64,000 bases of DNA, taken from sequence record OR539219.1; one strand, written 5' to 3'. The stretch is from Escherichia phage vB-Eco-KMB39. Positions 58,586-64,000 of this stretch are shown here, piece after piece; position 1 is the first letter of the stretch, and every line of letters starts with the position of its first letter. Both the position numbers and the translations under genes were made by a program. A model generated the notes under the pieces. It was not told where the DNA came from. It ran no database searches and saw nothing but the letters and a program-made list of their open reading frames with translations.

Positions 58586-60679
58586 TTATCCTTGAACGAA
58601 CTTGTAAGGCATGTTTGTAATATCTATGCAAGACGCAATAATTCCAAGAGATGATTCTACTTTCTGTTTAACATTTGATGAAACAAATGATGCAAAGTCA
58701 ACTTTGTCTTCTATTTCAATATCACCTGTCATTGCAACTACTTCGCCGGTTTCCATTAAACGGTCACCGTCATAAATTACCGATTCGGTGAGTTCTTCTG
58801 TGGTCATAACTTCAGCTTGAATGAGTTTTGTATTATTAGACGTGATTCCGTCATTATTAGAAGCATCAGTTATTTTATTAACTTTGACCATCAATCCACG
58901 CGGTAGAATAACTTCAGCTTCTGTTGCTATTCCGAGACTTCCTGGATATACAACATTAACTTTATGAGCTCCATCAATTGCCCATCCTATTTGAACTTTA
59001 ACGTATTCAGGATTTTCTTTATACGCTCTTATTTCGTTTGGATTAATAGTTATTCCTTCTTCATTTTTATCAACTGTTAATTCATTGCGAGCTTCTGGTT
59101 CTAAAAGACCAATACCAGCATGTGTAATTCCAAAACGTCCAAAAATGATAGGAGTTAAAGAAGTAGATACAAAATTTCTGAAATAGAACACTTTATTTTT
59201 AACTAGTGCTTCGTATATAGGAGCAGTCATACTTTGAGCACGATAAACTGTAATGCCTTCTGGTATACGGTCACCATTTTCAAAAGCTGAATCTAAATTA
59301 TTTATAGCAGATTCAATTTCTTTTTCACTCATTATATCATATCGTTCTGGATTGTAACGACCTAAAAGAAGATTATTGATGTCTGTATATCCTGAACCAC
59401 AATACTCTCTAATGCCGCGCTTTTGTGATGGAGTATATTTAGAACCATCACGGGCAATAGTAATATCAATCATTGGACCTGCACCAATTCCGGAAAAGCT
59501 ATAAATCATTCGTTTGAGGAATTTAGTTTTTGCTGCATTCCAGGCATTTTTAGTTATTTCTCCCCAGACTTCATCTGGCTGCCCTTTACGAGTTTTATTA
59601 TGTTTATCAAGCCAATTATCTTTATATTCTTCAAATAATTGATTAACAGCTGCTGCGTATTTCTCTAAACATTTTATTGAAGTAGTTGGTTCATTTTTAA
59701 TCGCATTAAGAATTACATCTTTAATTTTTTCTGAAACTTCACCGACTTGACTCATTGGAAAGAATTTATAATCATAGTGAAGTTCATCTGCCGTTCCTTC
59801 AGCAATAATTTTTGCTGCCTTAGTTTTAGAAGCTAATGAATTAATTCCAAGCTTCATTTCTTCTGCTTCGGGAATTAAAGGTGCAGTAGCAGGTTTATTG
59901 AAATTAGCTGCGGTAGATTCATACTTCTGGAATAATTCACTTTCAAATCTAGAAGATTCCAATGACTGACTTTGTGCAATTGCTCTACGGGAAATTTTAA
60001 CTTTAACGATTACGGCTTGGTCAGAACGTTTATCGTTTTCTTGTGCAATAGATGCAGCAATTGCCTCATTTTTGGTTACTTGAGCTCCAGTATCTTTATT
60101 AATATAAACATCACCGACCTTCGATTCAACTTTAGTAAAGAGCTCGGTACTAATTTCCGGAACTCCTGGAATGTCTTCTAGTGATACATTTTTGCGATGT
60201 ATAAGAATATATGCATACTTTTTATCATAATCCCAGAGTTCCTTAAGAAGGACGTATCTGCCACCTGAACGACTACGGATAAGTCTATCAGCAATAACTT
60301 GAATTTGTCGAGCTTGGCCAGCAGTTTTAGACTTAAGAATACGAAGCATACAAGCATCAATTTTATACTGACGCATTGTTTGCATTGCAACAGTAAAAAC
60401 TGAATTGATATAATTAATTGGGCTTGGACCAAGACCTTTTAATTTAGCAATTGAACCTTTAGCAGTTAATGTAAAAGGAACAATATGCATCATTTTGTCG
60501 CCCATTTTTAAATCGCGATTAGTATCACCTCCAGATGTATAGGTACATAAACGAAAGCCTGGTTGTTCAATTGCATCATCAACATGAACTGAAAAAATTT
60601 GTGGTATTTTCTTCTTTGGATTTAAGTTTGTAATCGGAAGAGTAGTATCTTCGTCAAATAATTCTGTAATAAGTTCCAT
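58586..60679 (-). CDS. alt: Alt ADP-ribosyltransferase, paralogue B
   Basis: 697 aa beginning MELITELFDEDTTLPITNL; ART motifs YRAQ, FVSTSL, TEAEV; late promoter directly upstream; which paralogue is orthologous to T4 alt is not resolved. Confidence 0.8.
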   Translation of the reverse strand: MELITELFDEDTTLPITNLNPKKKIPQIFSVHVDDAIEQPGFRLCTYTSGGDTNRDLKMGDKMMHIVPFTLTAKGSIAKLKGLGPSPINYINSVFTVAMQTMRQYKIDACMLRILKSKTAGQARQIQVIADRLIRSRSGGRYVLLKELWDYDKKYAYILIHRKNVSLEDIPGVPEISTELFTKVESKVGDVYINKDTGAQVTKNEAIAASIAQENDKRSDQAVIVKVKISRRAIAQSQSLESSRFESELFQKYESTAANFNKPATAPLIPEAEEMKLGINSLASKTKAAKIIAEGTADELHYDYKFFPMSQVGEVSEKIKDVILNAIKNEPTTSIKCLEKYAAAVNQLFEEYKDNWLDKHNKTRKGQPDEVWGEITKNAWNAAKTKFLKRMIYSFSGIGAGPMIDITIARDGSKYTPSQKRGIREYCGSGYTDINNLLLGRYNPERYDIMSEKEIESAINNLDSAFENGDRIPEGITVYRAQSMTAPIYEALVKNKVFYFRNFVSTSLTPIIFGRFGITHAGIGLLEPEARNELTVDKNEEGITINPNEIRAYKENPEYVKVQIGWAIDGAHKVNVVYPGSLGIATEAEVILPRGLMVKVNKITDASNNDGITSNNTKLIQAEVMTTEELTESVIYDGDRLMETGEVVAMTGDIEIEDKVDFASFVSSNVKQKVESSLGIIASCIDITNMPYKFVQG

Positions 60680-60702
60680 GTTATCCTCTCTAGTGTTTAT
60701 TC

Positions 60703-60710
60703 TATTTATA
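60703..60710 (-). promoter_or_regulatory. late promoter TATAAATA for the alt pair
   Basis: Exact TATAAATA on minus strand 24 nt upstream of the 60679 ATG. Confidence 0.5.
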
Positions 60711-60718
60711 AAATTAAA

Positions 60719-60730
60719 GGCCCGAAGGCC
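60719..60730 (-). terminator. GC hairpin after the 60736..60921 gene
   Basis: GGCC-TTCG-GGCC flanked by A/T triplets. Confidence 0.35.
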
Positions 60731-60735
60731 TTTAA

Positions 60736-60921
60736 TTAATAGAGAGCTAAAAGAGTACGATATACTTCAAACTTTGGACCTTTTTCATATGGATCAAATC
60801 TTTCCATGAATTCATCATATGCTAGTTTATCTGGGAATTCAAGAATAACCTGCGATACCGCAGTGGAAACATCTCCACCTTCTTTTTGAGCCACGACAAT
60901 TGTTTCTAAGTAAGCTTTCAT
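60736..60921 (-). CDS. hypothetical small protein
   Basis: 61-aa ORF whose start overlaps the gene 30 stop. Confidence 0.5.
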   Translation of the reverse strand: MKAYLETIVVAQKEGGDVSTAVSQVILEFPDKLAYDEFMERFDPYEKGPKFEVYRTLLALY

Positions 60922-62381
60922 AAACCAGTTACCTCATGAAAATCGCCAAATACATCTTCGAACGTATTAGCTTTAGTTTTATCTTCACGTAAACGAATTG
61001 CAATTGGAAGAAATAGCTTAACGTAATCAGTACGTCCATCTAATTTTACCCAGCCGTTGCATTCGCACTCTAGAATTTTTCCAATATAATAATTTTGGTT
61101 TTCCATAATGCGAGTACGATCAAGTTCATGCGATTTTATACCGGCTTTATCTTTTAAGCCTGAACCAGCATTTACTTTAATTTTTCCACACTCTGATTCA
61201 AGAATGAAACCACCTGCTTTAGTAGGGTCTTTACGGTGAGGATAAATTCCTACAATTTTTAAATCAACATCAATTACTTCTTTAAATTTATAAAGATTTT
61301 TTGAACGAGCATTTTCCCATAATCCATCGATATTTTTAAGAATAATACCTTCAAGACCTTGGTCAATATACTTTTTATAAATTACCTTAGCTTCATCTAG
61401 GTTATTTACTACTTGGTTTTCAATTAAAATTACTTTATCATAGCCTGATGTCATTTGTTCTAGTTTAGAAAAACGTACATCATATTTTAAACGAAATGCT
61501 GGAAGACCATATATTTCTACTAATGGAACATAGTCCCAGACCTGAAACTTCATGCATTGTGCTTCTTTTTCAGAAATGGTTCCCTTTAAAGATTTATTAG
61601 CGATTCCATTAGAAGTAGTACGTGATTCAGCTACTTCGGCGAATTCTTTAGCTTTACTAATTTCAGGATAAGCATCAAAAAGAAAATCTAGGCCTTCTGG
61701 TTCCTTTTTAACTTGCTCATGGTATACCAATTCGCCATCAATTAACACACCTTCTGGATGAATCTGGCGAGCTTCTGCAGTCATTTTGATTAACTCTTCC
61801 TTGAGAAGATCTAATCCTAGATATTCATTACCAGCTCGTGATAAAAGACGAACATCATCTAATTCATCACCTCTGACTTCAGCAAAACAGCGAGCTCCAT
61901 CAGCTTTTAGCTGTGCAAAGGCTGGAAATTTGATATTCTTATTAATGCCTTTTTCGTCATAAGAACTTGCTAGCATTTGAGGTTGTTCAGGAATTAAACC
62001 TGGCCAAACTTTGTTTGCAATAGATACTGATGCACCGCATTCAAGGTCTCGCATCATCACCCGACGCAAAACTTCAACATCATCTTTTTTACCGTCAGTA
62101 ATATATCCAGTTAATTCCTCAATTGCCGCATTTCCAGTCAATTTCCGAGTAGCTAACGTGAATTCAATGAAGTCAAGCATATCGGTAAGAGTCAACATTC
62201 CAAAACTCTGGGTAGTAATACCCGGTTTAGGCCATTTCTTGATATAATACTGTAACCCACGAGAATAAGTCAGACGATATACTCGTTTAAGCAATTCATT
62301 ATCTTTATTCTTTTCAAGAATTGCTTGCTTCTGCTTAGTTGAACCAATAGATGCTATTTCGTTCAGAATTTTAAGAATCAT
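60918..62381 (-). CDS. 30: ATP-dependent DNA ligase gp30
   Basis: 487 aa MILKILNEIASIGSTKQKQAILEK..., recognised as T4 DNA ligase. Confidence 0.9.
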   Translation of the reverse strand: MILKILNEIASIGSTKQKQAILEKNKDNELLKRVYRLTYSRGLQYYIKKWPKPGITTQSFGMLTLTDMLDFIEFTLATRKLTGNAAIEELTGYITDGKKDDVEVLRRVMMRDLECGASVSIANKVWPGLIPEQPQMLASSYDEKGINKNIKFPAFAQLKADGARCFAEVRGDELDDVRLLSRAGNEYLGLDLLKEELIKMTAEARQIHPEGVLIDGELVYHEQVKKEPEGLDFLFDAYPEISKAKEFAEVAESRTTSNGIANKSLKGTISEKEAQCMKFQVWDYVPLVEIYGLPAFRLKYDVRFSKLEQMTSGYDKVILIENQVVNNLDEAKVIYKKYIDQGLEGIILKNIDGLWENARSKNLYKFKEVIDVDLKIVGIYPHRKDPTKAGGFILESECGKIKVNAGSGLKDKAGIKSHELDRTRIMENQNYYIGKILECECNGWVKLDGRTDYVKLFLPIAIRLREDKTKANTFEDVFGDFHEVTGL

Positions 62382-62647
62382 TGTTCATCCTTTAGAGTTT
62401 GGTTTACAGCTCTATTATAAATCAATTCATCATTAAGCTCAGTCAAAGACCTGTGATACGTGGTTCTAACTTTATTTCCTTGCATCCAGTGCTTGACATA
62501 AATGAAACCTTGCTCTACACATTTTTTAAAAATTCGTTCGTCTTTTTGAGCTCGGAATTCTGGATTGCATCTAAAAAATTGATTTACGTGACCGTAATCA
62601 CGTGTAGTATTACCTTCATTTTCATAAATAGTGTGAACGACAAACAT
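62378..62647 (-). CDS. hypothetical protein
   Basis: 89-aa ORF in the gene 30 operon, overlapping start/stop. Confidence 0.55.
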   Translation of the reverse strand: MFVVHTIYENEGNTTRDYGHVNQFFRCNPEFRAQKDERIFKKCVEQGFIYVKHWMQGNKVRTTYHRSLTELNDELIYNRAVNQTLKDEQ

Positions 62648-63483
62648 TAGAATGCTCCTTGGAAAATATTATCACCACTAGTAGGTCTATTATACAAATA
62701 CTCTATGCCACCGGGTTTAATATAGTTCCATGTCTGAAACGGATGCGTCTGATATGGATGATATAGATTATAAGGATTAAATCCAGGAGTTCTCCAGGTA
62801 GTGTTCCAAGGAAAAGAATCGTTTTTAATCATCTTTTCAATTACATCTTTTATAGCTTTTTCACTATCAAAACTTTCTTTATTTTCATTCGATGGAAAAA
62901 GCTTATTCTCTACATCATTCCATGTATAAACTCGCTGTGCAGCTTTTGGAATATTGTCACGCTCTCCTCGAGCCATCCAATAAACAGGAACATTTAATAT
63001 TTCACTCGCATGATCGCAGTGGTGAGCGAGATCGTCAATATAACAAATTACGTTATATTTCTCTTTTGCCTTTTTGAACAACTCTTCTTTTGAAGAATCA
63101 TGACCACACATCAATACTTCTGAGAAGGCATCAGGAAAAAGAGCATTCAAATTAAATTGACGATTCAGCAGAGCGTCAATAGAATCACCCAGTGCTGTAA
63201 CAGCTACAAAATTATAATCTTCTTTTAATTTGTTAATTACACACAGGGCATCTTTATATGGAGACAAATAGCGAATAAAATCTGAACGATTATACTTTTC
63301 GATTAATTTAACACCAAGTTCTTCATCGCAATTAAAGAGCTTACCAGGAGAAATAAATTTTTCGTCCTGAATCATTTTTAAAATATGTTCCAACGGAAGA
63401 TTATATTTTTGGGCAAAATAAGGAAGGCCTGATTGCCAGCTTAAACATACTCCATCAATATCAGTTAAAATAGTAGGCTTCAT
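62647..63483 (-). CDS. hypothetical protein
   Basis: 278-aa ORF in the same operon. Confidence 0.6.
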   Translation of the reverse strand: MKPTILTDIDGVCLSWQSGLPYFAQKYNLPLEHILKMIQDEKFISPGKLFNCDEELGVKLIEKYNRSDFIRYLSPYKDALCVINKLKEDYNFVAVTALGDSIDALLNRQFNLNALFPDAFSEVLMCGHDSSKEELFKKAKEKYNVICYIDDLAHHCDHASEILNVPVYWMARGERDNIPKAAQRVYTWNDVENKLFPSNENKESFDSEKAIKDVIEKMIKNDSFPWNTTWRTPGFNPYNLYHPYQTHPFQTWNYIKPGGIEYLYNRPTSGDNIFQGAF

Positions 63484-63938
63484 AGAGAGTCTCTTAATAG
63501 GTTTAACACATCAATAAATTCAGCTTCGGTTAGTATTGTATCATCTTTTGTTAGACCACTAGCCATGCTATGCTTCAAAATTTTTCCTTTTGAGGCTTGT
63601 AAGGCATCACGAAACCCCTTGTTTTGGATCGCTGCTTCAAAATATGCATTTGTATACAATTCTTTCCACGCTGGAGAGTATCTTGAAAACGGAACTCCAA
63701 GCCAGAAGAGGGTCCCACGGTCTTGAGCTCTAGCATAAGACCTTCCAGCTTGTTGGGCGGCAAGCCCGGATAACCCAAATATACGACGTTGTTGTTCAGC
63801 ATTTTTCACCTTACATCCTTGAAGGAATCCTTCGAGACCTCCAAATTGGATACCATCCATAACGAAAGGCCATTGGGCGAAATTGCTTAATGCACATGAT
63901 GGCCATCTAAAATTGCTTCTTATTTCTAGCTCAGACAT
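63480..63938 (-). CDS. hypothetical protein
   Basis: Start moved from track TTG 63944 to ATG 63938 (MSELEIRS...). Confidence 0.55.
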   Translation of the reverse strand: MSELEIRSNFRWPSCALSNFAQWPFVMDGIQFGGLEGFLQGCKVKNAEQQRRIFGLSGLAAQQAGRSYARAQDRGTLFWLGVPFSRYSPAWKELYTNAYFEAAIQNKGFRDALQASKGKILKHSMASGLTKDDTILTEAEFIDVLNLLRDSL

Positions 63939-64000
63939 TTTCAATACTTATAATTTCAACATCAGCCCAATGACCATAGCAAGGAAGACGAAATTCAACT

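Overview
This window is a T4-like (T-even, Tequatrovirus-type) myophage genome segment, not bacterial chromosome. Assignments are by recognition of the translated proteins and by gene order from memory; no database search was run. Layout: (1) 1-6400, minus strand: early-promoter-driven hypothetical genes, a nine-gene tRNA cluster split by a GIY-YIG endonuclease (segB-like), and two internal-protein genes with capsid-targeting N-termini. (2) 6400-10450, minus strand: 57B, 57A, gene 1 (dNMP kinase), 3, an HNH endonuclease, 2 and 4. (3) 10490-41030, plus strand: the late structural block 53, 5, 5.1, 5.4, 6-12, wac, 13-18, an HNH endonuclease, 19, 20, 67, 68, 21, 22, 23, 24. (4) 41060-64000, mixed strands: rnlB, hoc, inh, segE, uvsW, an HNH endonuclease, uvsW.1, uvsY, 25, 26, 51, 27, 28, 29, 48, 54, two tandem Alt-like ADP-ribosyltransferase genes, and gene 30 (DNA ligase) with downstream ORFs. 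Recurrent signals are TATAAATA late promoters, GTTTAC-N17/18-TAnnAT early promoters, and GC-rich tetraloop hairpins at gene ends. Most worth a second look: the tandem Alt paralogues, the early operon in the variable locus between the tRNAs and the internal-protein gene, a possible PspA-like coiled-coil protein, an extra Ig-like domain in Hoc, three HNH endonuclease insertions at gene junctions, and a tRNA set that appears to include Tyr and Asn but no Pro. Start codons were re-chosen where the ORF track began at a non-ATG codon or ignored a better ribosome-binding site.
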